Shown here in pieces: positions 31,875 to 41,703 of a DNA stretch of 64,000 bases. A model generated the notes under the pieces. It did no database searches. It saw only the letters and a program-made list of their open reading frames with translations, and was not told the origin of the DNA. The first letter of the stretch is position 1; every line of letters begins with the position of its first letter. A program made the position numbers and the translations under genes. Source of the stretch: Bacteroidota bacterium (GTDB lineage Bacteria; Bacillota; UBA4882; JAAYXC01); NCBI GenBank assembly GCA_050260415.1, contig JBLNCE010000111.1, positions 41,798-105,797 of the forward strand, written 5' to 3'.

Positions 31875-32762
31875 ATGCTGAGTCTCTGTTTTCGTGCCGC
31901 CCGGGCGCGGTATTTCACCGTTTCTCTGCTCCCGGTTCTGTTGAGCGCCACCGCGGTTCATCGTCCCTGGGCTTCGGGGACATGGCCAGCGCTTTTCCTG
32001 GTGGTTCTCGGGGCGTTCCTGGTTCATGCCGGCAGTAACCTCTGGAACGACTTGGCCGACGAACTGAACGGCGCCGATCGAGCCAATTCCGCTCCGTCCG
32101 CGTTTAACGGCGGCAGTCGCGTGATCCAGCGCGGCGAAGCGACGTGCGGCTCGATGCGAACGGCGGCCGTTCTTTGTTATGCAGGGGCCATGCTGGTTGC
32201 ATTTCTTCTGAAACCCCGGGGCGGCTGGGGGGTCCCTGTTTTGACGCTGGCGGGCATCCTCCTCGGCATCTGCTATTCCTCGCGTCCAACCTGGTTCTGC
32301 GCCCACGGCCTCGGTGAATTGGTGGTGGCCATCGCCTTCGGGCCCCTGCTCGCGGAAGGAGCCTATCTGGCACTCGCCGGAGGCTTGTCTTGGGCCGTAT
32401 TCTTGGCTTCACTGCCGCTTGGGCTCTTGGTGGCGGCGATTCTCCTGGTAAACAGCATACCGGATATACCTCCCGATGCCCAGGTCGGCAAACGGACGAT
32501 GGCCGTACGGCTGGGGAAGAGCCAGGCCGTCATGGTGTACCGCGCGATCATCGGCGCGGCGTTCGCGGCGCTTCTAGCGGCGCTGGCCACGGGGGCTGTG
32601 CCGGGAAGGGCGGCGCTAGCGCTCTTGACGCTGCCGTTGGCGGCTTGGATCTCTTGGCGATGCGGGGATCCGCGTCAAGCCTTTTGTATTCCCGTGGCAG
32701 TCGGGACGATTCTCTTGCACGCTACACTTGGAGCATCGATCGTGATTGGTTTTCTCTCTTGA
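31875..32762 (+). CDS. UbiA-family prenyltransferase (MenA-like)
   Basis: NLWNDLADELNGADR (NDxxDxxxGxD motif), about 8 TM segments and a second Asp-rich region. The exact substrate is not determinable. Confidence 0.75.
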   Translation: MLSLCFRAARARYFTVSLLPVLLSATAVHRPWASGTWPALFLVVLGAFLVHAGSNLWNDLADELNGADRANSAPSAFNGGSRVIQRGEATCGSMRTAAVLCYAGAMLVAFLLKPRGGWGVPVLTLAGILLGICYSSRPTWFCAHGLGELVVAIAFGPLLAEGAYLALAGGLSWAVFLASLPLGLLVAAILLVNSIPDIPPDAQVGKRTMAVRLGKSQAVMVYRAIIGAAFAALLAALATGAVPGRAALALLTLPLAAWISWRCGDPRQAFCIPVAVGTILLHATLGASIVIGFLS

Positions 32763-32830
32763 CCAATTGCGAATACCCATCCCGTCGCCTTTCTCGATCG
32801 CCGAGAACCTCGTGGAAGGGGTACGGTATC

Positions 32831-32998
32831 ATGCTCAAGCTGCTCGGCATGGCAATCGCGCTGGGGGTGGCGGTCTATACGATGAGTTACGCCGGGCAAG
32901 TATGGCGGGAGCGCAATCGTTTGGGAGCGGCGGCCGTGGCGGCTCTGGGCTTGGCCGTGGCGGCGCTTCCCATGTATATACTCTATTTCAAACCCTAG
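32831..32998 (+). CDS. small (55 aa) two-TM membrane protein, hypothetical
   Basis: ATG is preceded by GGAAGGGG. Only the hydrophobic C-terminal part of track ORF 32390-32998 looks coding. Confidence 0.35.
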   Translation: MLKLLGMAIALGVAVYTMSYAGQVWRERNRLGAAAVAALGLAVAALPMYILYFKP

Positions 32999-33045
32999 GC
33001 ATCTGCGCAGCGTCAGTCCTGAGCTGCCATCCATGCGCAGGCGCG

Positions 33046-34242
33046 TCATTCTCCGAGATGCGGGATCGGGGCTTCGCGCTGAAGACCGTATCTCCTGAGA
33101 TTGACCTTGACGTTCACGCTTATCGGGACTTCGGGGAATCTCTTCGTCCAGCCGAAAGCGACCCACGCGGACCAGGTGGGTACCTTGCCCCGGAAGTAGT
33201 TGCCGAAACCGAACGAATCGGCCTTGAATTCACGCTGCGCCCGCTCGATGACGCGCCGCAATTGGCCGGCGATGATGCGCGCGGCGGCTTGTTCAATCTT
33301 GCCTTCGTTGCCGCCGCTCATGTAGTCCTTTCCCGTTTCCGAACCCGTCAAGTCCGCTTCGGCTTTGATGCGTACCTTGACGGCGGCGCGCTCGCCGCTC
33401 AGCACGGGGGTGATCCATGGCTGGGCCGAGGTAACTTGCAGGACGAGGCGCTTTCCGGCGGAGGTCGGGTCGGGCAGGCTAAAGAAGGTTTCGTTGAACC
33501 GGCCGGTCAGCATGCGGAGCGCTGGAACTTCCCTGGCGGGGAAGGACCCCACCATCCGGTCGCCCCGGAAAACCGCCACGCCGCCGAGCTGAACCTGCTT
33601 CGGCCCTCCGTTCCCCGTTTTTGGCGGCGGGATTAGGTAGGTCGCCAGGGGAGACTGCCCCAACCCTTCCATGGCTCTGACGAAATCATTGACCATGACG
33701 AGTTCGGTCTCGGCCGTGTAATTGGCGGTACGGACCAGGTCAAGCAGGTACTCCGCCGGGTTTTTTTCGATCTCCGGTTTGAGGGCCATGATCTCCTTGG
33801 CGCGGCCCTTGACGACCATGATTTGCATGGTGCGTCTGAACTCCCGGAATCGCGTGATGATTGATATGTAGCGTGTCAGGCCTTTCCGGGCGCTCTCCTC
33901 GCCAAAGATAATCATGCGGTTCTGGGCCAACGAAACGCGGCGGTTGACGACCCTGTTGATGGCTTCGAGTGCTTCAGGCACCGATAGGGCGGATTTCGTG
34001 ACCACTTCCACCGGCGCTCCCTCGCCGCCCCCGCCGCCGCCCCCGGAAGCGGCCGCCGCCAACTTGGTGGGAATAGCGATCTGGGCCGTGACCTCGACAC
34101 GTTCGCCAGGCAGACTGTCAATCCCGAGCGAGATCACGAGCGCGAGATTTTCCAGTTCCTCGCGGTCCCAGCACCCGCTCAACGTGAGCATGAGCAGCAT
34201 AAGAGAGGTGACTGCCAGCGCCGGATGGATCCGTTTGTTCAA
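33046..34242 (-). CDS. Ger(x)C family spore germination lipoprotein
   Basis: Lipobox LTLSGCWD immediately after the signal peptide, and GerAC-like length (398 aa). TTG at 34242 overlaps the gerB-type stop (TTGA) and lies 9 nt after GGGAGG. Confidence 0.85.
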   Translation of the reverse strand: MNKRIHPALAVTSLMLLMLTLSGCWDREELENLALVISLGIDSLPGERVEVTAQIAIPTKLAAAASGGGGGGGEGAPVEVVTKSALSVPEALEAINRVVNRRVSLAQNRMIIFGEESARKGLTRYISIITRFREFRRTMQIMVVKGRAKEIMALKPEIEKNPAEYLLDLVRTANYTAETELVMVNDFVRAMEGLGQSPLATYLIPPPKTGNGGPKQVQLGGVAVFRGDRMVGSFPAREVPALRMLTGRFNETFFSLPDPTSAGKRLVLQVTSAQPWITPVLSGERAAVKVRIKAEADLTGSETGKDYMSGGNEGKIEQAAARIIAGQLRRVIERAQREFKADSFGFGNYFRGKVPTWSAWVAFGWTKRFPEVPISVNVKVNLRRYGLQREAPIPHLGE

Positions 34243-35357
34243 TTGGCTTTGCCTCCCTTCTGGCGGCGTAGCAAAGCCAAGGCCAGCAAGAGGGGCGGCA
34301 GGAGGTAAAGAGGCAGGAGCGCATAGACCCTTAGTACCTCCAGGTCTAGTCGGGTAGCCTCGGCAAACGACGCCGGCAGCAGGCTTAAGCCGTAAGCGAG
34401 TACACCCAGGGGGAAAAGGAGGGGCCGATGGGTGGGTAAAGAAAAGGTGCGGGCAAAGGTGTACGTGGCGCCGTGGAAGACCGCCGCGAGGCCGATTGTG
34501 GCCGTAAAGAACCACAAGAAGACAAAGATTGCCTCCACGCGCTGGAAGAACTCGGCGATCGAGATTTGACGCGCCAGATGATAAATCGGAAAGATCAAGT
34601 GCTTGGTACCGGGATAGTCAAAGACCAACGTGAACACGATCACCGTCGTGACCATTATCAGGAAGCTTACGAGCAGCGCCGAGAGTCCGATCTTTCGCCG
34701 CCTCGATTCTTCCCTTAGTAAAGGCGCGATGAAGCCGAGGAGCGTGATCTCCGCGAAGATGAGACTCTTTGCCCATGATTTCCAGGCGATCTTGGCGAAA
34801 CCGGTGCCCCACAAAGGCATTAGATTGGGAATTCTCATGCTGGGAATGGTCAGCAAGAAAACCAGCAGCACGAAGAGCAGGATATACGGTGTAAAAAGCA
34901 TGGCCATGCGGCTGATGGTTTCGATGCCAAAGTAATTGGCGAGAATCAGGAGGGCGAGCAATAGACCGGTCAGAACGCCGATGGGCGTCCGGGGAAGCAC
35001 GCCGATGACGAACGTCTCGGCGAACAACCGCATGACAATGGCCGTAATCGCCAGATAGGAGGCAAAAAAGATGAAGCCGGTCAAAAAGCTGAAAGGCCCG
35101 GCTACTTTTTGCGCGATACCGATCAGATCTTCGCCGGGGAAACGCGCCAGGAGCGTGTCCATGAGGATGAACGCCACTAGGGTGACGAGAAAGGCGAACG
35201 TCACCACGAGCCAACTGGCGGTGCCGCCGATACGGGCCATTTCGCGGGGGAAGCCCAGGAAGATCCGGGCGCTGATGGTGACAGCCAATAGCAATGTAGT
35301 CTCGCGGTGTCCCAGGCGTCCCACCGTGGTGGGGTTGAGATCGGTCATGACTGGCAA
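34239..35357 (-). CDS. spore germination protein, GerAB/permease-type subunit
   Basis: 372 aa with about 10 TM segments, lying between the A and C subunits. Confidence 0.85.
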   Translation of the reverse strand: MPVMTDLNPTTVGRLGHRETTLLLAVTISARIFLGFPREMARIGGTASWLVVTFAFLVTLVAFILMDTLLARFPGEDLIGIAQKVAGPFSFLTGFIFFASYLAITAIVMRLFAETFVIGVLPRTPIGVLTGLLLALLILANYFGIETISRMAMLFTPYILLFVLLVFLLTIPSMRIPNLMPLWGTGFAKIAWKSWAKSLIFAEITLLGFIAPLLREESRRRKIGLSALLVSFLIMVTTVIVFTLVFDYPGTKHLIFPIYHLARQISIAEFFQRVEAIFVFLWFFTATIGLAAVFHGATYTFARTFSLPTHRPLLFPLGVLAYGLSLLPASFAEATRLDLEVLRVYALLPLYLLPPLLLALALLRRQKGGKAN

Positions 35358-37018
35358 CCGCCCTCCTTTTCCGTCTCCGGTTGGTAGGTGCCGTCCGGCG
35401 ACCAGTTTCTTATGCTCAGGCGCTGGCGGATGGTGTCCATTGGCCTAAGGTACCAGGGTCGATATGGCTGCCTAAAGATAGAGGGCCGGCTGACGCGGTC
35501 GGTATTGCCGGGACGGTAAGGCGCGATGGGCGACATGAAAGGTACGCCGAAACTCTTGAGCGAGACCAGATGGACCGAAAGGGCCGTAATGCCGAAGGCC
35601 ATCCCGAAGAAACCGAGAAAAGCGGCCAAGATGATGAAGACAAAGCGTAAAACCCGGAGCGAAAAGGCGGCGCTGTAGTTGGGCACGGCGAAGGAACTCA
35701 GGGCGGTTACCGCGACAATGATTATGAGGATGGGACTCACGATTGAAGCGGCGACGGCGGCCTGGCCGAGGATGAGCGCGCCCACGATCCCCAGCGTGGG
35801 TCCGATTACGGACGGAATCCGTACACCAGCCTCCCGGATCAGCTCAAAGGACCCCTCCATGATCAGCACTTCCACGATGGCTGGAAAAGGAACGTTTTCC
35901 CGCGCCGCCGCGATGGCCAGGAGCAGGTCAGTCGGGAGCATTTCCTGATGATAGTTGACGATGGCGATGTAGATTGCGGGGAGGAGCAGAGCGATGAAAC
36001 CCGCAAAGAAACGCACGACCCGGACAAATGAGCCGTAGGGCCAACGCAGATAATAGTCCTCGGCCGTATGGATGAACATGGTGAAGGTGGCGGGGATAAT
36101 GAGGGCAAAAGGGCTTGTTCCCATGACCAGGATGACGTGGCCTTCATTTAGAAAGGCCGCGCAACGATCGGGCCGTTCGGTGGCAATGGTCTGAGGTACC
36201 AACGCCCGCGGGTGATCCTCGATCAATTGCTCGAGGGTGCCGGTGTCGTTGACGAAATCGATTTTGTCTCCGATCGCCTGCACGCGCCGGCGGACTTCCT
36301 TGACGAGCTTGGGATTGGCCACTCCGTAGAGATACATGAGGGCCACATCCGCGCGGCTGCGCGCACCGACCGTGAAGATCTCCGTCACCAGGTTCGGCGC
36401 GCGCATCTGCCTCCGGATCGCCGCGGTATTTGGCCGCAGGGTCTCGACGAAACCTTCCTGGGGGCCGCGCACGACGCTCTCGGATTTGGGCTCACTGATG
36501 GTTCGGTGCTCCCAGCCTTTGGTCTCGACGGAGACAGCCTGGTCTAGGCCGTCGATGACCACCACGGACGAGCCGCCCACGATCTCCTGCGTCAGGTTCG
36601 TGTAAGTTCTGACCCTTTTTATCTGGTTGCCGGGAAGCAGGGCTTGCTCCACGTAGTCCATGGTGAGCTGCTCCCCGCTCCCGCCGATAGCGGCGGAGGC
36701 AAGGTACATCAGAGGTTGAAGGATCCCGAAGTTGGCGGCATTGCGGTCCGTCATCCCGTCCAGATAGGCGATGAAAGCTTGTCTATGGCTGGACCCCAAA
36801 GTGAAGCGGCGGATAATGAGGTCGACATTGGTGGGGGAGACGAAGATCGCCCGCAGCCGGGCAAGGTTCTCCTCAAGGCGCGGGGAAAGCCCATCGCTGG
36901 GTTCGGGCTTTTCCGCGTCAGGCCCGTACGGCCGCCGATCGCCGAGGGAAAATGTGTCCGGAATCGTAGACCGGTTGTGTCTGAATAGATGCCAGAGCTG
37001 TCTAAAGATTCCGGCCAT
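35345..37018 (-). CDS. spore germination protein, GerAA-type subunit
   Basis: GerA-family core (DGLDQAVSVETKGWEHRTISEP, VALMYLYGVANPKLV) plus C-terminal TM segments. ATG at 37018 lies 5 nt after GAGGTG. Confidence 0.9.
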   Translation of the reverse strand: MAGIFRQLWHLFRHNRSTIPDTFSLGDRRPYGPDAEKPEPSDGLSPRLEENLARLRAIFVSPTNVDLIIRRFTLGSSHRQAFIAYLDGMTDRNAANFGILQPLMYLASAAIGGSGEQLTMDYVEQALLPGNQIKRVRTYTNLTQEIVGGSSVVVIDGLDQAVSVETKGWEHRTISEPKSESVVRGPQEGFVETLRPNTAAIRRQMRAPNLVTEIFTVGARSRADVALMYLYGVANPKLVKEVRRRVQAIGDKIDFVNDTGTLEQLIEDHPRALVPQTIATERPDRCAAFLNEGHVILVMGTSPFALIIPATFTMFIHTAEDYYLRWPYGSFVRVVRFFAGFIALLLPAIYIAIVNYHQEMLPTDLLLAIAAARENVPFPAIVEVLIMEGSFELIREAGVRIPSVIGPTLGIVGALILGQAAVAASIVSPILIIIVAVTALSSFAVPNYSAAFSLRVLRFVFIILAAFLGFFGMAFGITALSVHLVSLKSFGVPFMSPIAPYRPGNTDRVSRPSIFRQPYRPWYLRPMDTIRQRLSIRNWSPDGTYQPETEKEGGCQS

Positions 37019-37060
37019 GGGCACACCTCATGCCGCGTCGTACGCGCGCGTGCGCTTAAT

Positions 37061-37080
37061 CGTAATCGAGCGCGATTACG
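37061..37080. promoter_or_regulatory. perfect 8-bp inverted repeat in gerA leader/divergent control region
   Basis: CGTAATCG-AGCG-CGATTACG, 43-62 nt upstream of the gerAA-type start on the minus strand. Confidence 0.3.
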
Positions 37081-37274
37081 AGGCGCGAGCATCCTTTCGC
37101 TGAGTACGAGTACGAATGGATAACCGCATTCTTGGTCCCGCAGGAATGCCGGGATGATTACCCTTATAATGCACCAGTCAAGGTCGGGCTATGTGGAGGC
37201 GGTGAATCGTCCGTTCGGTTCTGCTTGGCCAAGAAAACCATATAAATTTCTGAGGGTGTGATATCGAGCGGACG

Positions 37275-38006
37275 GTGATGAGAATGTCGGAGCGGGACGA
37301 GGAACTCGAACAGGCTAATTGGGTGGGGGATGATCTGGACGAGACACGGGGGGCGTGGCGCGGCCACCTCGGGCGGCAGGCACAGCGCATGGCGGTCGCG
37401 GTTTTGGTCGTCGTCATGCTCAGCGTCATCAGATTGGGCGGAAGACCGGGCAACTGGGTGCTCACGCAGATGCGCCACGCCATGGAGGCGGATTTTGCGC
37501 CGTTGCTTAATCAGGTCGCGGCGGCGCCGCGATGGCAGAGTCTGGCCGCCAGCCTTCGTGCCTGGTTGGCCCGGGAATGGCAGGTTACGGGGGAGAGCAT
37601 GACGCGGACAGGTGCGGCTGGCGCGCCACCTTCTTTGGTATGGCCGGTAAGTGGCGATTATCGTCTGGCGCGCATGCCAGGAGGCGGCTATGGGCTCAAT
37701 CTGCAAGTCAGGGCCGGAACGCCGGTCCTCGCTGCCGCGGCCGGCATGGTTCAGGAGGTCAGGAGCGGATCGGCCGGCTTTAGCCTGGTCTTGACGCACG
37801 CGGATGGCTGGCAAACGATATACGGCAACTGTCAGGGGGTCTTGGCCGCCAAGGGGGAACAGGTGCGCACCGGCCAGACGATCGCCTTGGTGGGGAGTGC
37901 GCCGCCGCCAACACCTTCGCATTTGCGTTTCGAGGTCTGGAGCCCCGAGGGTGAGGTGGACCCCCTGCCGTTCTTGACGGAAAGAGCCAATCATGTCCGG
38001 ATCTAG
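37275..38006 (+). CDS. spoIVFA: M23/LytM-domain protein, SpoIVFA-like
   Basis: C-terminal LytM domain (GLNLQVRAGTPVLAAAAGMV, HLRFEVW) preceded by a TM segment. Overlaps the following M50 protease gene, as in spoIVFA-spoIVFB. Confidence 0.7.
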   Translation: MMRMSERDEELEQANWVGDDLDETRGAWRGHLGRQAQRMAVAVLVVVMLSVIRLGGRPGNWVLTQMRHAMEADFAPLLNQVAAAPRWQSLAASLRAWLAREWQVTGESMTRTGAAGAPPSLVWPVSGDYRLARMPGGGYGLNLQVRAGTPVLAAAAGMVQEVRSGSAGFSLVLTHADGWQTIYGNCQGVLAAKGEQVRTGQTIALVGSAPPPTPSHLRFEVWSPEGEVDPLPFLTERANHVRI

Positions 38007-38988
38007 CCGTCATAGGCGGTTGGCTCCCACCGCGTCCAAGTTACGGGTCAGCTTGAGCTGGCCCGTCTTGCTCCTGCTGTGTTTCTCGGTCTTAGCGGGC
38101 CGGTTGGTTGAGATGCTGCTGCTCGTCGCTTTGGTGCTTTCCCACGAATTGGCCCATCTGGCCGTGGCCGCCGGGTTGGGATGCAGAGCGACGGGGCTGC
38201 GCCTGACTCCTCTGGGCGGGGTCCTGGAGTGGGGCGCTGAGTCGGAACTGGTACCCGCGGTCGAGATGACCGTGGCGCTTGCGGGTCCTCTCCACCATCT
38301 ACTGCTCATTTACCTGGCGGCGTTGGCCGGCCCCTTTTCCAGAGCGCTCGGCCCATATTGGCCCTTTTTTTTGCGGGCCAATCTTTCGTTGGCCCTCTTC
38401 AACCTTCTTCCGATCTATCCCCTCGACGGCGGGCGCGTATTGCGGGCGCTCCTGGTGCAGTCACGCGGTTTCACCGCCGCGACCAGGATGGGATGGCGAG
38501 TCGGCCGGCGGCTCTCTGCCTGCCTGGTGTTTATGGGCCTGATCGCGCTCTTGACCGGCCGGGGACCGTTTCTTTGTTTGGCGGGTGTTTACCTGTTTCT
38601 CGGAAGGGATGAACATCATACTTATCATTTCGCCAACTATCTCCGGCTCCAGGAAAGGAAGCGCGCGCGGCTCGGACAGCCAGGCGGCCTTCCATTACGG
38701 CCGGTGGTGGTCGGCTCCGAAGCGCGCATCTGGAACAGTCTCTCCAAGTATGCCCATCGGCATTATCTCGTCTTTTGCGTGGTGGATGGGAGAGGCGGGG
38801 TCATGGGCTGGGTCTCGGAGGAGGAGGCACTCGCGGCCGTTGCCAGGGCGGGATTGAACACGCGATTTGCCATGTTGGTCTCCGGCAGGGAAGGAGTTAG
38901 TAACCCGTTGTCGAACGCATTCCAGAACCGATCTGGATCGTCCGCAGCCAAACGCCCGGATAGATTGGGAATGGGCCGTGGAGACTAA
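37993..38988 (+). CDS. spoIVFB: M50B site-2 protease, SpoIVFB-like (pro-sigma-K processing type)
   Basis: HELAHL, NLLPIYPLDGGRVL and a C-terminal CBS-like module. Paired with the M23 protein. Confidence 0.8.
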   Translation: MSGSSRHRRLAPTASKLRVSLSWPVLLLLCFSVLAGRLVEMLLLVALVLSHELAHLAVAAGLGCRATGLRLTPLGGVLEWGAESELVPAVEMTVALAGPLHHLLLIYLAALAGPFSRALGPYWPFFLRANLSLALFNLLPIYPLDGGRVLRALLVQSRGFTAATRMGWRVGRRLSACLVFMGLIALLTGRGPFLCLAGVYLFLGRDEHHTYHFANYLRLQERKRARLGQPGGLPLRPVVVGSEARIWNSLSKYAHRHYLVFCVVDGRGGVMGWVSEEEALAAVARAGLNTRFAMLVSGREGVSNPLSNAFQNRSGSSAAKRPDRLGMGRGD

Positions 38989-39011
38989 GAGCCTGGGGAC
39001 GAAGGCAAATC

Positions 39012-40877
39012 TTGTTTTACATACGGGGTGGACTCCTGAATCTCGCGGATCGTATCGAGAAGATCCTGGGAACTGTACAAAAACCCACACGTTACCTGGG
39101 CGGAGAATGGAACGCCTCCGTTCGGTCATGGGATGACGCGCGTCTGCGCGTGGCTTTGGGCTATCCTGACGTCTACGAGGTCGGGCAGTCCCATCTCGGC
39201 CTGCGTATCCTCTATGGCTTGATCAACGATTCCCAGGACTTCCTGGCCGAAAGGTTCTACGCCCCCTGGCCGGACATGGAGGGCGCCATGCGACGCGAGG
39301 GCATCCCCCTTTTCAGCCTTGAATCGTGGCGTCCGGTCCGCGATTTCGATCTGCTCGGCTTCTCCCTGCAGTATGAACTGACTTACAGCAATATTCTCGG
39401 TCTCATAGCCCTGGCCGGCCTCCCGTTGCGTGCCCGGGAGCGCGGGGAGGGATTGCCGCTCGTGGTCGGAGGCGGGCCTTGCGCTTACAATCCCGAACCG
39501 CTGGCGGATTTCTTCGACCTGTTTTTCCTTGGCGAGGCGGAGGAAGGCATGATGGAGATCCTCGCGCAGTTCGCCTCCGACAAGGCTCAGGCACTGCCCA
39601 AGAAGACAATCCTCGCGCATCTGGCGGCGATTCCAGGGGTGTACGTCCCGTCCCTCTATGATGTGTCCTATAACGGTGACGGGACGGTATCCGGCGTGGC
39701 CGCCGCGCCCGGCGCCCGCCTCCCGGTCAGGAAAAGGCTCATCGCCGCCCTGGATAAGGCCTATTTCCCCTCATGTTTCGTCGTTCCCCATCAGGAGATC
39801 GTTCACGATCGGGGCATGGTCGAGATCCTTCGCGGTTGCACCCATGGATGCCGGTTCTGCCAGGCCGGCATGGTCTACCGGCCGGTGCGCACGCGCTCGG
39901 CAGCCGTCGTGGAAGAGCAGGCGGACGCCTTGCTCGCCGCCACCGGTTTCGAAGAGGTGACCCTCACCTCGCTCAGCAGTACCGACCATCCGGAGATCGG
40001 CGGCTTGCTCCAGAGTCTCCTCGAAAAGTACCGTGGACGCAAGATTAACGTCAGCCTGCCGTCATTGCGCGCGGATCGTTTCTCGCTGGAGCTTGCCGAA
40101 CGCATGCAAGGCTCCCGAAAGACCTCCCTGACCTTCGCGCCCGAGGCGGGTAGCCAGCGCCTGCGCCAGGTCATTAATAAGGACTTGACCGAGGAGGAGA
40201 TCCTGGCAACGGCCGAAGCGGCATTTGCCGGTGGTTGGGAACGGCTGAAGCTGTACTTCATGATCGGACTCCCCGGGGAAACCGAGGCGGACCTCGAGGC
40301 TCTGGCCTCACTGGCCAAGAACGTCCTCGCCATCGGACGGCGGTATTCAAAAAGAGCCCAGGTGACGGTCAGTATCTCGACTTTCGTCTCCAAGGCCCAT
40401 ACGCCCTTTCAATGGCGCGCCCAGCTTCCTTTGGCCGAGATCAAGTCCCGTCAAAGCTTGCTGCAAAACCTGATCAAGGGACGCGGTTTGGAACTGCAGT
40501 GGCACCAAGCGGAACAGAGCGTCCTCGAGGGAGTCTTCGCCCGCGGCGACCGCAAGTTGGGCGCGGCGCTGGAGGAGGCGTACAGACTGGGGTGCAGATT
40601 CGACGGTTGGAGCGAGTGGTTTGATTACCCCGCTTGGCAGCGCGCTTTTACTTCCGCCGGGATCGATCCGGCTTTTTATGCGTCTCGTCGCCGTGACTAC
40701 GATGAGACCTTGCCCTGGGACCACCTTGATACCGGTGTCGACAAGGCATTCTTGATCGAGGAGGATCGGCGGGCAGAGAGGGCGGAGATGACCGGCGACT
40801 GCCGCGACGGGATCTGTTCCGGCTGCGGCGTGTGTACGGCTTTTTGCCTTCCGTTACCGGGGAGAGGGAGAGTTTGA
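39012..40877 (+). CDS. B12-binding-domain radical SAM protein (TIGR03960-like)
   Basis: CTHGCRFC (CxxxCxxC), N-terminal KPTRYLGGEWN, 621 aa, and followed by a DUF2344-type gene. Confidence 0.85.
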   Translation: MFYIRGGLLNLADRIEKILGTVQKPTRYLGGEWNASVRSWDDARLRVALGYPDVYEVGQSHLGLRILYGLINDSQDFLAERFYAPWPDMEGAMRREGIPLFSLESWRPVRDFDLLGFSLQYELTYSNILGLIALAGLPLRARERGEGLPLVVGGGPCAYNPEPLADFFDLFFLGEAEEGMMEILAQFASDKAQALPKKTILAHLAAIPGVYVPSLYDVSYNGDGTVSGVAAAPGARLPVRKRLIAALDKAYFPSCFVVPHQEIVHDRGMVEILRGCTHGCRFCQAGMVYRPVRTRSAAVVEEQADALLAATGFEEVTLTSLSSTDHPEIGGLLQSLLEKYRGRKINVSLPSLRADRFSLELAERMQGSRKTSLTFAPEAGSQRLRQVINKDLTEEEILATAEAAFAGGWERLKLYFMIGLPGETEADLEALASLAKNVLAIGRRYSKRAQVTVSISTFVSKAHTPFQWRAQLPLAEIKSRQSLLQNLIKGRGLELQWHQAEQSVLEGVFARGDRKLGAALEEAYRLGCRFDGWSEWFDYPAWQRAFTSAGIDPAFYASRRRDYDETLPWDHLDTGVDKAFLIEEDRRAERAEMTGDCRDGICSGCGVCTAFCLPLPGRGRV

Positions 40878-41572
40878 GCACCCTTTGGCGCTGCCGGCTG
40901 GCAAAGCTGGGGCGGATGAGATTCCTATCACATCTCGACCTGATGCGCACCCTCACGCGGGCCTTTCAACGGGTGGATTTGGCGTTGGTCTACTCGGGCG
41001 GCTATCACCCGCATCCCTTGCTCTCCTTCGGGCCGGCTCTCGCCGTCGGGGTGGAAAGCATCGGCGAATACTTTGACGTCACGCTCGGGGTGGAGGCGAC
41101 CAGGGAAACGCTGCTAGAGCGGATTAACGCCGGACTCCCGGGCGGAATCGCCCTCCTGGACGCATGCGCGATGCCGGCCGGCGGGCCTTCCTTGGCCGCG
41201 CGCATCAATGCGGCCTCCTACCGTGTTTGGCTCCCGGGTGTTCTGGATACGGAAGGCATCGCTTCCCTCTGGAGCCGGGAGAGCATCCCCGTGGCGAGGA
41301 CAAACGCCGACGGTACGCGTAGGGTAGTGGATCTGCGCCCGCTGCTCCTGGCGGTCGCACCGACCGATCCATCCGGCGGTGTATTGGACATCCTCGGCGT
41401 CACGGGGAGCGCCGGGAACCTGCGTCCGGAAGAACTGCTGCGTTTCGTATCAGGTCTCGCGCCCAGCCGGATCTTGCGTACCGGTCTCTATCTGCGGGCG
41501 GGGGAAACCTTGGTTGAGCCGATGTACGGGCAGGCTGCAAACTGGAAAGAGATATTACCGCCGCGGGCATAA
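40874..41572 (+). CDS. radical-SAM-associated protein (TIGR03936/DUF2344-like)
   Basis: RMRFLSHLDLMRTLTRAF is the family signature. TTG at 40874 overlaps the upstream TGA (TTGA). Confidence 0.8.
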   Translation: MSTLWRCRLAKLGRMRFLSHLDLMRTLTRAFQRVDLALVYSGGYHPHPLLSFGPALAVGVESIGEYFDVTLGVEATRETLLERINAGLPGGIALLDACAMPAGGPSLAARINAASYRVWLPGVLDTEGIASLWSRESIPVARTNADGTRRVVDLRPLLLAVAPTDPSGGVLDILGVTGSAGNLRPEELLRFVSGLAPSRILRTGLYLRAGETLVEPMYGQAANWKEILPPRA

Positions 41573-41703
41573 ACTAAAAATAGGGTATATGCGGCCAGAG
41601 CCTCCAGGCGTTCGATCGTATCACGCGGGCCCGGTCGAGGCCGCGCCATCCCACCCCATCCAGGGCTTGCGCCCAAAATTCTTGTGTGTCTGGGGATGGT
41701 CTT

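Noticed and set aside
32390-32830. N-terminal 147 codons of ORF 32390-32998
   Set aside because: They overlap the 3' part of the UbiA-family gene in another frame and are Gly/Arg-rich. Only the terminal 55-codon hydrophobic ORF with its own SD was kept, at low confidence.
33046-34515. 489-aa version of the GerC-type ORF
   Set aside because: The lipoprotein signal peptide and lipobox begin at TTG 34242, directly coupled to the upstream stop. The additional 91 codons overlap the GerB-type gene and are Pro/Arg/Gly-rich.
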